DNA of 64,000 bases, from assembly GCA_951406725.2 (NCBI GenBank), contig OX597823.1, positions 50,654,001 to 50,718,000 of the forward strand. Reading direction: 5' to 3'. Below, piece by piece: positions 40,087 to 54,221 of this stretch. The DNA is from Octopus vulgaris. Lineage: Eukaryota. Below the pieces are notes generated by a model. That model made no database searches. It had not been told where the DNA came from and worked only from the letters and a program-made list of their open reading frames with translations. Numbering within the stretch: the first letter of the stretch is position 1; each line of letters opens with the position of its first letter. Both the position numbers and the translations under genes were made by a program.

Positions 40087-40507
40087 TCTTTCTTTTATTT
40101 GTTTCAGTCGTTTGACTGCGAGCATGCTGGAGCACCGCCTTAAAAGGTTTTTAGTCCAAGAACTCGACCCCTGGGTTTATTCTTCGTAAGCCTAGCACTT
40201 ATTTTACTGGTCTGTTTTGCCGAACTGTTAGTTACGGGGACATAAACACACCAGCATCGGTTGTCAACTGATGGCTGGAGGACAAACACAAACAGACACA
40301 GAAACACACACACATAAATACATACATATATAAATATATATACGACGGGATTCCTTCAGTTTCCGTCTACCAAATCCACTTACAATGATTTTTTGTCGGC
40401 CCGTGGCAATAGTAGAAGACACTTGCCCAAGGTGCTATGTAGTGGGGATGAACCCAAAACCATGCAGTTGGGAAGTAAGCTTCTTACCGCACAGCCACGA
40501 CCGCACC
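40087..40507 (-). mobile_element. SINE family B, full length
   Basis: Collinear with 43201-43600. Confidence 0.9.
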
Positions 40508-40546
<39 letters not shown>

Positions 40547-40551
40547 GTTTG

Positions 40552-40588
<37 letters not shown>

Positions 40589-41629
40589 CGTGTTTGTGTG
40601 TGTGTGTGTGTGTATGTATGTATATATGTTTGTATGTATGTATGTATATATGTATATATGTATGTATGTAAGTATGTCTGTGTGTGCGCGCGCATGCTTG
40701 TCTTTTTGCGTATAAGCAAGTTATTTCTGATACAAATCTACCATACCAGATTATTCGCAACCAGGAACAGTCTTTCGTGGGATATTTTGAGTTCTTGCTT
40801 CAGGAGGGGGCATACTCTTGAATCAGGAATAGGTATCTTGTGATTTGCTTTCTGAACGGCCGTAGTAACCTCTAATAAAATAAATGAACTGCAATAAAGA
40901 ATCGAAACTGTGTCGCAAACTTGCTTCACCAGCAGCTTGCCTCCGGACGCGAATGATTTATGTTTATAATATTTGTATGTGCACTGACGAATATTCATAA
41001 TGTATGATCGTAATTTCACGACATTCCAGAGATATAATAAACAGCACGAAGTTAATTACAAGGCACAGTAAACCTATAGTTGCATGTTTTTCCATTATCC
41101 TTAAAGTTGCCAAGTGTGGGAGAATCTAAATATGAATTACTGCTTTAAATCTGTACTTTATGATATTTCAGTTGACATACTGATCAAGAAAACCAAAGTT
41201 CAGCGGCTGATCAACATTTTTTCTCAAGAAGCAAACTAAGATTGTCACCAGTTGGTCTAAATTAGATACTCCGAAATTAAACATTCATAAATCAGTCCCT
41301 TATGCTCAAGAATTTTATCTTTCATATAGACATTTTATCTAAATATATGGAAATATATGATTTGCACATACGTTTTCAATATATTCTTTGATTTCTCTTA
41401 TGTTATTTCAATTACTCCACTCTCAGATTTTGCGAAGAAGATGTCAAGAGCTGCAAACTAGGTAGGAAAAATCAAAGTGTCTTTAAATTTTCCAAGCGTT
41501 CATTAGAATGAACGTCGTTCTGGTTACAAGGCGTTAGATATGAATCATCGCCAAGATAGACCAATCTATCATAAGAAACATTTAGAAAATATCTTGTATC
41601 AGATTCTGAGAACAAGATAAAGTGAATTA

Positions 41630-42139
41630 CTGTAAATCCTCGAGTATAATTCGCATTTCCCCCACAAAATTTAAAGGTCAAAATCCTTAGTGCTTACTAT
41701 ATACGAGGTTTAAAATGAAAATTATTTACTAAGCAATGTCCAAGTCTCTATTTGCTGTCCGGCAATGTTTATTCAGACGCATTTTGTGATGTCGGGCGCG
41801 AAAACACCTTAAGCTAAGCCTGAAAGCAATGAAGTCATAAAAGAATCATCCATTACTTGCAGTAAGCAACTTTATTAAATGTTATTACTGTTATTTCTTT
41901 ATTTTCTGCAAACAAAATGCACAAAAAGCTACACGTTTGCACTATGTTATATATACAATAATAATGAAGGACGTTACTGTATACAGTTTTACAAACCAAG
42001 GCCGTTATATAGACCTCCTTGACTCAAGATAGAAAAGGGGTGCGTATTATACACACGGCTTAGGTTTTTCAGAGGTACAGTCTCCTAAAAATCCTCTGCG
42101 TATTATACTCAAGGGCGGACTATACTCGAAGATTTACGG
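41630..42139. mobile_element. Tc1/mariner-superfamily (pogo/Tigger-like) MITE
   Basis: TIRs CTGTAAATCCTCGAGTATA / TATACTCGAAGATTTACGG, left end at TA. Confidence 0.75.
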
Positions 42140-43200
42140 AACTCCACTCAGATTTTGCGAAGATGTCAAGAGCTGAAAACTAGGTAGGAAAAATCAAAAT
42201 GTCTTCAAAGTTTCCAAGAGTTCATAAGAATGAATGTCGTTCTGGTTACATGGCGTTAGATATGAATCATCCCCCAAGATAGACCAATCTTGTATCAGAT
42301 TCTGAGGACAAGATAAAGTGAATTAAGTGTTTTTCCAGAGATTTAATGAAACGCCTTTAATAAATTCCACACCAATTAGCGTCTCGATTTGCTTACCCAC
42401 TCAGCTATTTTTCCTCTGAGAAATAGTTTCAATTTTGGTGAAATTCCGCGATCGCCTCTTCATTAGGAGAATATTATATCTTCTTCAACTAAGCTAGAAA
42501 GTGTTTTTATCATAGTTTTCATTTGTCGTTGGAATTTTAAATTGTAAGATGTATGTAGCTGCATTATAAGAAGTTCTTCAGAAAACTGTAGCTTATTTAG
42601 TTCTAAATGTACTTTAGTTAGTTGACAATTACAGCAGCTACATCAGAGGAAATATTATCTTGTTTAATCTTACCTCACTTAAGAAGACACATGATTTCTT
42701 CTGCTAATTTGATTATTAAATTCTTTCTCATGCATTAATATGATTTTCAAGGAGTTTCAAATGAAGTCATGCTATTTGAAGCACCATTAAGAGGTCCTCA
42801 ATGAAATTCCATATCTTTATACAAAGCAGTAGCAAATTAGTTCTGATTTAGTTCATTTCTAAGCAATTACCACTGCTAGAAACTTGGTTGTAAATTAACG
42901 TCATACAAAATCGTATACTTACCAGACCTGCATGGATTTTGTAAGAGGTTAGTTACGAAATACTTGGTGACCTAAGTAAAAATATAAGTTGAATTAAAAA
43001 GTTTTAATACATTTTTTAAAATATGGAAATCACTGAGTGAAGCCAGAGCAGTTAATTTACACTTCCAGTATATTCTAAATCTCTGTGAAGAGGAAACATG
43101 GCCAGAAATAATGTACCAGAGAGATTCACATCTAAGTGAAAATGAATGCGCAAAAGTTTGAAAAGAGGGTGGTAATGTGATAGGTGTGCACTTAATTTTT

Positions 43201-43600
43201 TTTATTACTTGTTTCATTCATTTGACTGCGGCCATGCTGGAGCACCGCCTTTAGTCGAGCAAATCGACCCCAAGACTTATTCTTTGTAAACCCAGTACTT
43301 ATTCTATCGGTCTCTTTTGCCGAACCTCTAAGTTACAGGGACGTAAATACACCAGCATCGGTTGTCAAGCGATGCTAGGGGGACAAACACAGACACACTC
43401 ACACATACACTCACACATATATATATATACATATATACGACAGGCTTCTTTCAGTTTCCGTCTACCAAATCCACTCACAAGGCATTGGTCGGCCCGGGGC
43501 TATAGTAGAAGACACTTGCCCAAGGTGCCACGCAGTGGGACTGGACCCGGAACCATGTGGTTGGTTAGCAAGCTACTTACCACACAGCCACTCCTGCGCC
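43201..43600 (-). mobile_element. SINE family B (tRNA head + CORE-like CCTTGGGCAAG), full length
   Basis: Minus GGCGCAGGAGTGGCTGTGTGGTAAG...CCGGGTCCAGTCCC...GGCACCTTGGGCAAGTGTCTT...CATGGCCGCAGTCAAATGA. Confidence 0.92.
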
Positions 43601-43708
43601 TTAATGGAGCATAAAACCGAAAAAGTTTTGTAGATGCTTTAAGCAGAAATTTCAGAGAAGCAGAGACTAACGTAATGGCGGTAATTGATATATATGTATA
43701 TATATATA

Positions 43709-43739
<31 letters not shown>

Positions 43740-43936
43740 ATGTATGTATGTATGTATGTACGTATGTGTGTGTGTATGTGTATATACAGATAGATAGAAA
43801 GACACAAATACTACTCGGTGAGTGCATGTGTGTGTGTGTATACATACATACATGCATACATACATACATACATACATACATACATACATACATACATACA
43901 TACATACATACATACATACATACATACATACTTACA

Positions 43937-44340
43937 TACCTCAGAGAAGACCTGGATGGAAAGCACTCAGCATGCAAAAAAAAAGAAGACTATGCCCGGA
44001 AGGTTGAAAAAGACAGTAGAATTGACACGAAGCGCAGGCCCTCTTGGACACTTTGAAGGCTATGCGTTTGCAATCCAAGAACAGGAGATTACCACAAAGT
44101 ACCTGGTGAACAAGAGAGACAGTGACGCTCTTGTAATCCGAAGGTGCAACTGCATGTGTAGGCAATGTCATGTTTCTGTAGAAGATGTAATGCATGTGAT
44201 TAGTAGCTGCCCTAAAATGTCGCCACGGTACTATCTCCCTATGCGGCACGATGTTGTCGCTAAAACAATTTACAATGCAATCCGCAAGAAAGACTGAAAT
44301 AAACTTAGAAAATCCTTCTTTAGAATCAAAATGTCTCACG
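43937..44340 (+). pseudogene. R4-clade (RLE) LINE fragment, CCHC finger region
   Basis: FAIQEQEITTKYL...CRQCHVSVEDVMHVISSCPKMSPRYYLPMRHDVVAKTIY; paralogous to 46540-46920. Confidence 0.85.
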
Positions 44341-44477
44341 TGAATTGAAAAAGAAAACAACAAAAACAAAAACTACACATCGTACTCTCTTACTGCCAAT
44401 GTACTTTTATTCTATAACTGGAACTTAAATGGCAGTGCTGTACTAGTTGATGTAAAATTCTAATTGTCACCAATACC

Positions 44478-44709
44478 TATTTCTTTATTACCCACAAGGG
44501 GCTAAACATAGAGGGGACAAACAAAGACAGACATAGGTATTAAGTCGATTACATCGACCCCAGTGCGTAACTGGTACTTAATTTATCGACTCCAAAAGGA
44601 TGAAAGGCAAAGTCGACCTCGGCGGAATTTGAACTCACAACGTAACGGCAGACGAAATACCGCTAAGCATTTCGCCCGACGTGCTAACGTTTCTGCCAGC
44701 TCGCCGCCT
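44478..44709 (-). mobile_element. SINE family A, intact, with 14-bp TSD
   Basis: TSD TTGTCACCAATACC at 44464-44477 and 44710-44723. Confidence 0.95.
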
Positions 44710-44788
44710 TTGTCACCAATACCATTTACTTCTTTTTAGGATTCCAGAGTAATCCTAATTACTGCCGAATTTCAACAAATCAAAAATA

Positions 44789-44999
44789 CGAAAGGGTGTT
44801 GAAAAGTTCCTGGCTTTAAGGGTATGGCAAAAGGTCTGGTTGGAGGCCCAACCTTTCGTGCTCTTTTACAGGCCTTAGAAAAACTGAAGGACCGCAGCAA
44901 TAAGTGTGTGAATTTGAGAGGGGAATATGCTGAATAAAATTATAACTGATCCTCCTGTATTTTTTTTACCTAAAGAGAGGAACTTTTCAGCACCAACCG
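44789..44999. mobile_element. Mariner-type MITE
   Basis: TA|CGAAAGGGTGTTGAAAAGTTCCT ... AGGAACTTTTCAGCACCAACCG|TA. Confidence 0.75.
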
Positions 45000-45679
45000 T
45001 ACGTACGTACACATACATGCATGCATACAAACACACACACACACATATATACATACATACATACATTCATACATACATACATACATACATACATACATAC
45101 ATACATACATACATACATACATACATACATACATAAATACATACATACACACAACACAGCCATACATCATAGCACCGTCAATATCAGACGTGCAGGTGTA
45201 GAGGACCGTTTAAAATTCTTTTTTAAACCTTTTCTTCTACATTAATACCGACTCCTCCAGTCTTAATCAGTAACTGGTTTATTTCTCCCATTACAACTGA
45301 GAGAAACACCTTTTACTTAGCAACGTAGCGTTATTCAAACTTAATCTACCTCGGTGCTACGAGAAAAGCCGTGATGATCGTTCTATCAGATATATGAAAC
45401 AGTTAAAAAATACTAGGTCGGAGCTCACCCCAACTTTAATATCTTTACGGTGAAACAGTTTCGGCAACAAGAATCTTTCTTTGACAAGAAAAAAAAACAA
45501 AAAACATATTGACTGATGGGCAGGTAGTCGGAAAGAAGCGTGTGTAGGGAATGGGTGCCGAACAACTTTTGGTAAACAAAGCTGTACTGTCTAAAATAAA
45601 ACGCCTTGCGACAATATGACCTGATCGCAGGAAAGCGTTTGACTTTATTCCCCACTAATGACTGTTGACGTGTCAATAT

Positions 45680-47440
45680 TTGACAAAGGTATGTGCTACT
45701 TTAGTTTGCTGTCATTGAGAAGCTCACAAATACCTTGCCAACACTTCTCACACTTACAACTGGGAGCTGAAAGATCATTTCCAACATTATAAATATTTCA
45801 ATGGTAATATTCAAAGGAGATAGACTTCCTGTAATTCTGTTCACTTTGGCATTAGATCCATTACTATTCCTGCTGCAAAAATCAAGTGGCTACATGCTAG
45901 GGTCTGCAACGGCTAGAGACATTAATGTAACCCATAATTTCTTTGTGGATGATCTGATGATTATGCTAAAAATGTTAATAATCTCCCCCACCAAAAAAGA
46001 AAAAAAAAGCTGAAGATATTTAGTTGTTGGACGCGGAAAATCACCCCGCTACCCAAAATCTGTGCATCAATGGTCACCCTATATCTCCTGTTCCACATAA
46101 AGAACCTTACAATCATATAGGCATTAGTGAAAACATACGAAGATAGAGTGACCCGAAAATATTATGCCAGAATAAGAAAAGTATGGCAGTCGAAATCTCC
46201 TGTTGTAACTAAACAATATCCCACAATGCAGTTGTAGCACCAGTGCTGATTCCGTGCCTTGGGATACTTGATTGGTCTATAAAGGAAACTGTGATGTCGA
46301 CAGTAGCTACGTAAGAAGGATCAAAAGAGGTAGAGGTATGAGATCAGTGTAGACAGCTATCGAATGTCGGATAGTCCCTCTTAAAGAACACCTGTTAAAC
46401 AACCGCAAAAAAATAAATACGCAAACATAGGGCAGGAAAGCTAAGAGAAATAACATCCGACGAGTTGGCAGTGAATCACACAAGACGTACTCTCTTCCTG
46501 ATTATCTTACATGCAACCTCTAAAACAGCCGAACTAACGTACCTCAGAGAAGACGTGGATGTGAAATGTTCAGCAAACAAAACTTTTTTTTTTTAAATGG
46601 CTATTCATGGATATATTTACCGAAGACTCGAAGTCAATAACATCGACATGAAGTGCAACCTCACTTGGACTCGTGATTGCTACATCACATCACAATTCAA
46701 GAACAGGGGATTGCTACGAAATACCTGATAAGCTAAAGATTCAGTGAAGGGCTTGGAACACCAAGATGCAACCGAAAATACAGATTATATCATATTTCTG
46801 CGGAAGCCATCTTACATGATTAGCAGCTGCGCAAAAATGTCATCAAGGTATTACCTCCCTATGCGACGACTCGACGCTTTCGCAAAAACGATATATAATC
46901 CCATCCGGAAAGAAGAGTGTTCTGGAATAAATATACAGAAACCCCTTGCTATTGAATATGTACACAAACAACAACAACACATAGAATATTGGTCGAACAT
47001 TCCTATCAAAACATCTATCAAGTGTAAGCATAATAGGCCGGATAATGTTTGGGACTGATTAGAAGAAGTAGAGGTCAGCTGCCTTACTAATGCGGACATC
47101 TCATCGAAAATCAAAGAAAGTGGATAACCAAAGACATCTGCTTCGAAACAACCAGTTCGTATTTCCAGATTATAAATTGACATTTACACTTATAAAAATT
47201 GGTGTAATAGGTTTTCTGAGTAAATGCTTAAGTGACAATCTGGATAAGCCAAGATTTCCAGAAGACAATAACCAGCTAATTCGCATATTGCATACAAAAT
47301 CTGTAAGTGGAAAAGTAAGACTATGCAAGACTTTTAAGTGTAAAACGTGAATTTGTTTTTTGTTATTTACATTACAGCGACGGAGCTTTGTAGCTTTGTT
47401 AGAAACTAGCTCATTCTTTAGAGGAAGGTATGAATTAATT
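45680..47440 (+). pseudogene. Decayed R4-clade LINE (RT plus RLE)
   Basis: IFKGDRLPVILFTLALDPL...VTHNFFVDDL (RT core), then ISSCAKMSSRYYLPMR, CKHNRPD, EVSC, IKIGVIG. Confidence 0.85.
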
Positions 47441-47544
47441 AAAAAAAGAAGGGGATGTGTGTGTGTGAATGCTTGTGTATGCGTGTGTGAGTATGTGTGT
47501 GTATGTAAGTATATATGTAGATAAATAGATACATACACATAGTA

Positions 47545-47553
47545 ATGATGATG

Positions 47554-47645
<92 letters not shown>

Positions 47646-47758
47646 AAGAGGAGGAGGAGGAGGAGGAGGAGGAGGAGAAGAAGAAGAAGAAGAAGAAGAA
47701 GAAGAAGAAGAAGAAGAAGAAGAAGAAGAAGAAGAAGAAGAAGAAGAAGAAGAAGAAG
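47545..47758. repeat. Compound (TAA)n(GAA)n(GGA)n(GAA)n triplet repeat
   Basis: Direct observation. Confidence 0.97.
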
Positions 47759-48445
47759 ACCAGGTTCTCGCTGCCAAGTCAGTGAAATATAACATATATA
47801 AAACTTCTGACACCCAGAAATGCAGACTCTGGAAAGAGTGTGAAAAGTGTGACCCACTTGGTAAGTAGATGTGAGAGCCTTGCACAAAAAGAATACAAGC
47901 GCCACCACGATAAAGTGTGTGTGTATCTTCATTGGCTCTTATGCCGTAAATACCAACATGAAATAACAGAGAACTGGTATGAGCATGTACCAAGCAAAGT
48001 TATGGAGGAGGATGGAAAAGTAACGATACTCTGGGACAATGATTTTCGAAGTAATCGAAGAACATCGGCCGGATATTGTCATATTGAATAAGAGAGACAA
48101 ATACTGTCAGATCATTGATATAGCCATACCAAATGACATGAATGTTGTGAGTAAAGAGGTTTAAAGAATCATCAAGCACTCCGAATTGAGAGTGGAAATG
48201 GCAAGACTGTATGGAATGCGAGAGGGAAATGTAAAAGTGATGCCAATAGCGATCGGAGCATTGGGTTTAACCGCATTGAAACTTCAAAGCTTCTTAAGGA
48301 ATCTGGAAATCCCATGCAAGATTGAAGTCTTGCTAAAAGCAGCCTTACAGAGCACAGCGCATATCTTAAGGAAAGTATTATCTGTCTGAGGTCCTTGTTG
48401 TGACTTGACATATGATTAAAGACTCTGGTGCATTTTTACGAAGGA
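47759..48445 (+). mobile_element. 5'-truncated Dong/R4 retrotransposon in a TAA-rich tract
   Basis: DQVL..KCRL..SVTHLVSRCESLAQKEYKRHHDKV..WYEHVP..ILWD..RPDIV..IIDIAIP..PIAIGALG..STAHILRKVL*, followed by (TAA)n at 48446-48547. Confidence 0.9.
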
Positions 48446-48478
48446 ATAATGATAATAATAATAATAATAATAATAATG

Positions 48479-48547
<69 letters not shown>

Positions 48548-48721
48548 TAGCAATGTAAACTGCTAGTGCAACCCCACCAAAACTGCTATTACCATTTGGT
48601 AGCCGGCCTAATAAAATATGCATATTGAAAGACGTTTCCCGTAAACGAACTTAAGGATATATATATATATATATATATGTGTGTATACAGAGAGAAAGAG
48701 AGATAAACACGTCCAACTATG

Positions 48722-48753
<32 letters not shown>

Positions 48754-49611
48754 TGGATCCGTTTCTCTATGCTAATTTTTATTCAATCGGATGGAATAGA
48801 TTTTTCTTACCTTGCATTCACCTGCCATATTCTATTTAGAAAATGAAGATATATGAATATTTTAGCATTCAATCAAGCTCAAGGAAGACCAATTCTTTCT
48901 AATAGTAATAAATCATATGGCTAGTGTCTTCTTAATGTCGAAGGAAATTGCAATACTCATCAGGATAATTTAATCAAAGTTCAACACAGAATTAATGGAT
49001 TAATCCTTCTTTACTTAGAAATTATAAGCAACTCTTAGATTTAGATTTACTTGTTGTTATTTTGTTTGGAAGAGGAGTGTTCAAATATTGCAACTTAATT
49101 AGTGACAGGAAATGATGTTTCCTATTTAGTAACAGAATCTACTCTTGTTTCCCTTCAGTTATAAAGCGGATGTCAATCTATTGGTTCAGCACCGCATTTA
49201 TGTCTTCCAGAGAAATATTTCATGCTGCCAACTTTTAATTGTTATATGAAAATTGGAGTTTAATTCGCAAGCATGGCTAACTAGATAAAATATTCTAGGA
49301 ACGTAAATATATTGATAGGTTAACATTTTATGAACATCATTATTTTCATTGAGGAAAGAGTATCTGTTTATATATTTGGTAAATAATTTCGAGTAGGCAT
49401 AATTTTAATCAGATTTAATGTTTCATAAATATTTATGAAAGTTAAGGATGCCAACTACACAAGAGCTTATAAAGTTTATCATAAAGTATATTATTTTAAA
49501 TAAAAAAAATTAAAAAAACAAGACTCAAACAGCTAGTATGTTCTGTGGCAAAATGGTGAATTCGGTCAACTCTCTTTATTTCACTCCGATGATGTAAACT
49601 TGGCAATTAAT

Positions 49612-49830
49612 GACGAGTAGGCAGAACCGTTAGCACGTTGGACAAAATGCTTAATGGCATTTCGTCCGTCTTTACGTTCTAAGTTCATATTCCGCAGAAG
49701 TCGATTTTTTCTTTCATCCTCTCGGGATCGATAAAATAAGTACCAGTTGAGCACTGGGGTCGATGTAAGTGACTTATCCACTTCCCCGATGTTGCTGGTT
49801 ATGTCCCAAATATTTGAAACCAAATAATGA
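49612..49830 (+). mobile_element. SINE family A
   Basis: Collinear with the other copies. Confidence 0.85.
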
Positions 49831-51589
49831 CAAGCAGACTTTTGTGTATTCGAATCGAATTCCTGATACTTTATGTCCCCGAGAAAGTTACTAGATTCTT
49901 CCATTCCATTCGCTGTGTAAATACTATCAAAGGGAATTAGACGTATCAAACATTCCTTAAAAGTTTCGAAATATTTTTTGTTTGTTTCTGTTCTTTTTTT
50001 CTCTCCTGGTGATCTGATTGTTAAGGTCATCTTGTTTGGCTCACACCAGACAAACCATGGAACTAAACCAGCCAATTGATTATATGTTGGTGAGACACAA
50101 CTAAACACGCACTAAACATGACTAGGATGCTGAATATTAAAGGCTTGACTAATATATCAATTTGGAATGTCAATGAAGAATAATAAACTGTTACTATGAC
50201 GAAATACAGTAAACATCCTGACCGATGATGTTTCAGGTCTAATACTGTATATTCAATTAAGCGAAAACATGAGCTATTCTGACGCTTTAGAACATTTCAA
50301 TATAAATGCATATTTTATATACGTAACACTAAAATATAAAATAAATTTAATAAAAATATGAACATTCTGCTGAAATTATGAACAAATATTAAAGTAAATG
50401 GATAGATTTAACTTAAAAGATTGAGTATTCTGGAAGTTATGAATTTTAGTAAGTTTATTCTGATAAGATTATCATAATATATTTCATGTTTGTGAGCAAA
50501 CGATTTGTTTCTCTTTATGGCAGAAAACGACATCAAAAACATATTTGCGATATAATTGACGAAGATATTTTTATGGAGAAATCTTTAAATCGAAAAGTTT
50601 AAATAATGTCAGAGCTCTGACGAATGCTCAAAATAATAAACTTTTGATATTTCTTCTTTAATTTCTTTCTATCTGTATATAAAATTGCTATTAAAATACA
50701 TTTATTTTTCTTCTTTGTATAGCTTCTCATGATTTCGATTCCATTTCCCAGACATCAGTCACACACACAAACACACACACACGTAACTTTGATGGTAATT
50801 CCAACAGAGTTTTCTCTTCACATCCAATGTTTCTACTTTCGTTTGCCATGTAACGCCGATAAAATCCTGCATGCCATTAGTTTTATTTTTCCCTATTTTT
50901 ATTTTGCAATCGATCATCTCTTAACGAGAATATCAATCCTTATGAGCAGTGGTTTGTTGGTTCTGTTTTGTGAAGCGGCTACCGGGTTTTATTTACTAAA
51001 CATCGAATAACAAATGAGGAAATATGTAACATTCATGCTCTCAGCACACGCTGGAATATACTTTCCTGATACAGTTTGCCTTTGATCGTAGGATCTTTAT
51101 TGATAATCAATCATAACTGCGTGTCAGGTCATTTGTTTCTGACGCGGGTTCTAGTTTGAAACTTCATGAGGCTTTTATGAATGCCATCATCACAACTTAA
51201 TGGTAGTTGGATAGATAGCTCAGTATTAGCCGTTTACAAGCAGCTCAATCTTTCAATCTTACGGTGTTCTGATCAACTCATTCCAACTACTCGCTTGTTT
51301 TAAACTGTTTATGAATGTCACCCTTTTGAATAGATATAAAATTCTTCATTATATTTGTGATGGTTATGCTTCAGCAAGTATCATCTAGCCTGAAATATTT
51401 AGCATTCAACCGTGCTATTAGTAAGATAAATATGTCAAAATCAACGAATTGTTTCACATTAAAAAATTCTTAGTAATTGTCAATTTGTTATAGTATTTTG
51501 TTAGTAATGTTGCCTCCCTTTGGGCATTATTCATGCATCTTTAAATACTGCTGAGAAACATTGGTTTCATTTCATTATATAGAGAATAA

Positions 51590-52377
51590 TTTCCTTTCTA
51601 AATTTGGCTCAATGCTTGTAACTTGAGGGAAGGGGCAAGTGCTCAACTGGTACACATTTCATCGATCTCCGAAAGGACGAAAAGCAAGGTCGACCTCGGT
51701 GGCATTTGAACTCAGAACGTAAAGACAGAAGAAATGCTTCTGAACATTTTGCCCGGCGTTCTTGCGATTGGACAAATATTCATGTGTCTGTCTCTCTCTG
51801 TCTGTCCATACGTGCGTGCCTGCTTGCGTGCGTGCACGTGCGTGTGTGTGCGTGTCTGTAGTTTACTGTCCCTTAAGGCAAAGTGGACCGCGGTTGGATT
51901 TGAACTCAGAACGTAAAGTCGGGCGAAATGTCGCTAAGCATTTTGTCCGGCGTGCTAACGATTCTGCCAGCTCACTGCCTTGATTGATGGCTAAATAACT
52001 CTTTCTTCTAGAGGCACAAGGCGTGAAACATTGTGCGAAGGGCTAGTCGATTACATCGTCCTCAGTGCGTACTTATTTTCATCGACTCCGAAAGAATAAA
52101 AGGTAAAGTCGACCTCAGCAGAATTTGAACTCAGAACGTAAGGACAGACGAAATACCTATTTCTTTACTACCCACAAGGGGCTAAACACCGAGGGGACAA
52201 ACAAGGACAGACAAACGGATTAAGTCGATTACATCGACCCCAGTGCGTAACTGGTACTTATTTAATCGACCCCGAAAGGATGAAAGGCAAAGTCGACCTC
52301 GGCGGAATTTGAACTCAGAACGTAAGGACAGAGGAAATACCGCTAAGCATTTTGCCCAGCGTGTAGAGGATTCTGCC
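51590..52377 (-). mobile_element. Cluster of four same-orientation SINE A copies/fragments
   Basis: TTTGAACTCAGAACGTAA at ~51705, 51899, 52124 and 52308. Confidence 0.85.
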
Positions 52378-52535
52378 TCAACATAAATTTCACTGAAACC
52401 AGACGAAAATATTTCAATTTGGTTGATAACTTTCTATAAATGGTCAATTATTGCCTAATTTAGAAGTCATTTCTCCGTATATTCTGTGCTTTTGTAGTTA
52501 TTTATTACTATAGAAGAGCGGTGGGTTGGCAGAAT

Positions 52536-53063
52536 CAACCAACCAACTAACCAACTAATCCACCAGCCAACCAGCCAACCAACCAATCAACTAATCAACT
52601 AACCTACTAATCCACCAACCAACCAACCAACCAACCAACCAACCAACCAACCAACCAACCAACCAACCAATCAACTAACAAACTAATCCACCACCCAACC
52701 AACCAAACAACCAACCAAATCAACTAACCAATTAATGCATCAACCAATAAATCAACTAAGCAATTAAATAACCAACTAATCCACCAAACGACTAGCCAAC
52801 CAGCCAAACAACCAACTAAACAACCAACAAACCAACCAAGCAAGCAAGCAACTAATCCACCAACCAACCAATCAACCAACAAACTAATCAACCAACCAAC
52901 GGATCAGTAAACTAACCAACTAATCCCCCAACCAATCAACCAACAAACTAATCAACCAACCAACGGATCAGTAAACTAACCAACTCATCCCCCAACCAAT
53001 CAACCAATCAAAAATCTGACCAAGTAACCAATCAACCAATCAACAAATCAACCAACCAATCAA
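52536..53063. repeat. Degenerate (ACCA)n / AACT minisatellite
   Basis: Direct observation; contains a ~60-bp internal duplication. Confidence 0.9.
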
Positions 53064-53222
53064 GAAGTCAATTATCGTATAAATATATATATATATATAT
53101 ATAAAATAAGAAAATGGAGAAATACATCCAAATCAAATATCAATTACCAGATAATACCCAATCACATACTTTATTAAACCAATATATGTGTGTATATATA
53201 TATACATGTATATATATATATA

Positions 53223-54130
53223 CTAGCAGTATCGCCCGGTGTTGCTCGGGTTTGTAAGGGAAATAACTATATAAGCATTTTTAGTGAGTTATAGCAAAAA
53301 AATAGCAAAAAAATGCATTAAAAATGGAATAAAAAATGATGGTAAATTTTTTTTTTAAATCGTTAACTCATCGTAGACATTTTTAGAGAGTTACTTCCCT
53401 TATATAATAGCGAAAAAATGCATTAAAATGGAAAAAATGATGGTAATTTTTTTTTAAATCGTAGACTCATCGTAGACGCGCGCTAATACCCAGAAGGGCT
53501 CGATATGAATCGCGACTATAAGATACCCGGTTTTGGTTAAACTGCACCGCAAAATGTGGGAGTAGTTAGGAATCTAAATCGTAGGAGACAGACACACAAC
53601 TTCACTTTTATATATAAAGATTTGTGTAACAACGAAAACATTCGGTAGTGCAAATTGTTTGCACAGGAAACCTGCCCTGTGTGGCGGTTTTTGCCGTTTT
53701 TGTGGATATGTTTCAGCATTTTTAGCGATTTCTGTTTTGGCGACTTCAAGCCATGAAGTCGTTGTTCTAAAGGAACGCTGGTCTCCTTGACAACGCTTTA
53801 CGACGTTGATTTCCTTACACTCCCTTCCCCACAGCTTCACGAGGGAGGGAAGAAGGGGGAGAAGCAAAACAGGTGCAGGTGTGAGCATGGACGCCAACTC
53901 CGCCGCCAATTAAAAAAAAATATGCGTTAAAATGGAAAAAAATGATGTTAAATTATTTTTAAAATCGTAGACTCATCGTAGACGCGCGCTAATACCCAGA
54001 TGGGCTCGATATGAATCACGACTATAAGATACCCGAATTTGGTTAAACTGCACCGCAAAATGTGGGAGTAGTTAGGAATCTAAATCGAAGAGGACAGACA
54101 CTCACACAACTACAGTTTTATATATATAGA
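53223..54130 (-). mobile_element. Non-autonomous Helitron with internal duplications
   Basis: Minus A|TCTATATATATAAAA ... CCCGAGCAACACCGGG hairpin, CTAG|T; ~200-bp block repeated at ~53415-53620 and ~53920-54130. Confidence 0.8.
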
Positions 54131-54221
54131 TATGTATATATATCTATATACCGGAGTAAACACATAAATGTGAAACAAGGTGGAAAAAAGAGTACTCAAA
54201 TACCAGTGGTAGAGTAATATG

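Noticed and set aside
49581-50108. 175-aa minus-strand ORF
   Set aside because: About half is antisense SINE A; the rest has no motif.
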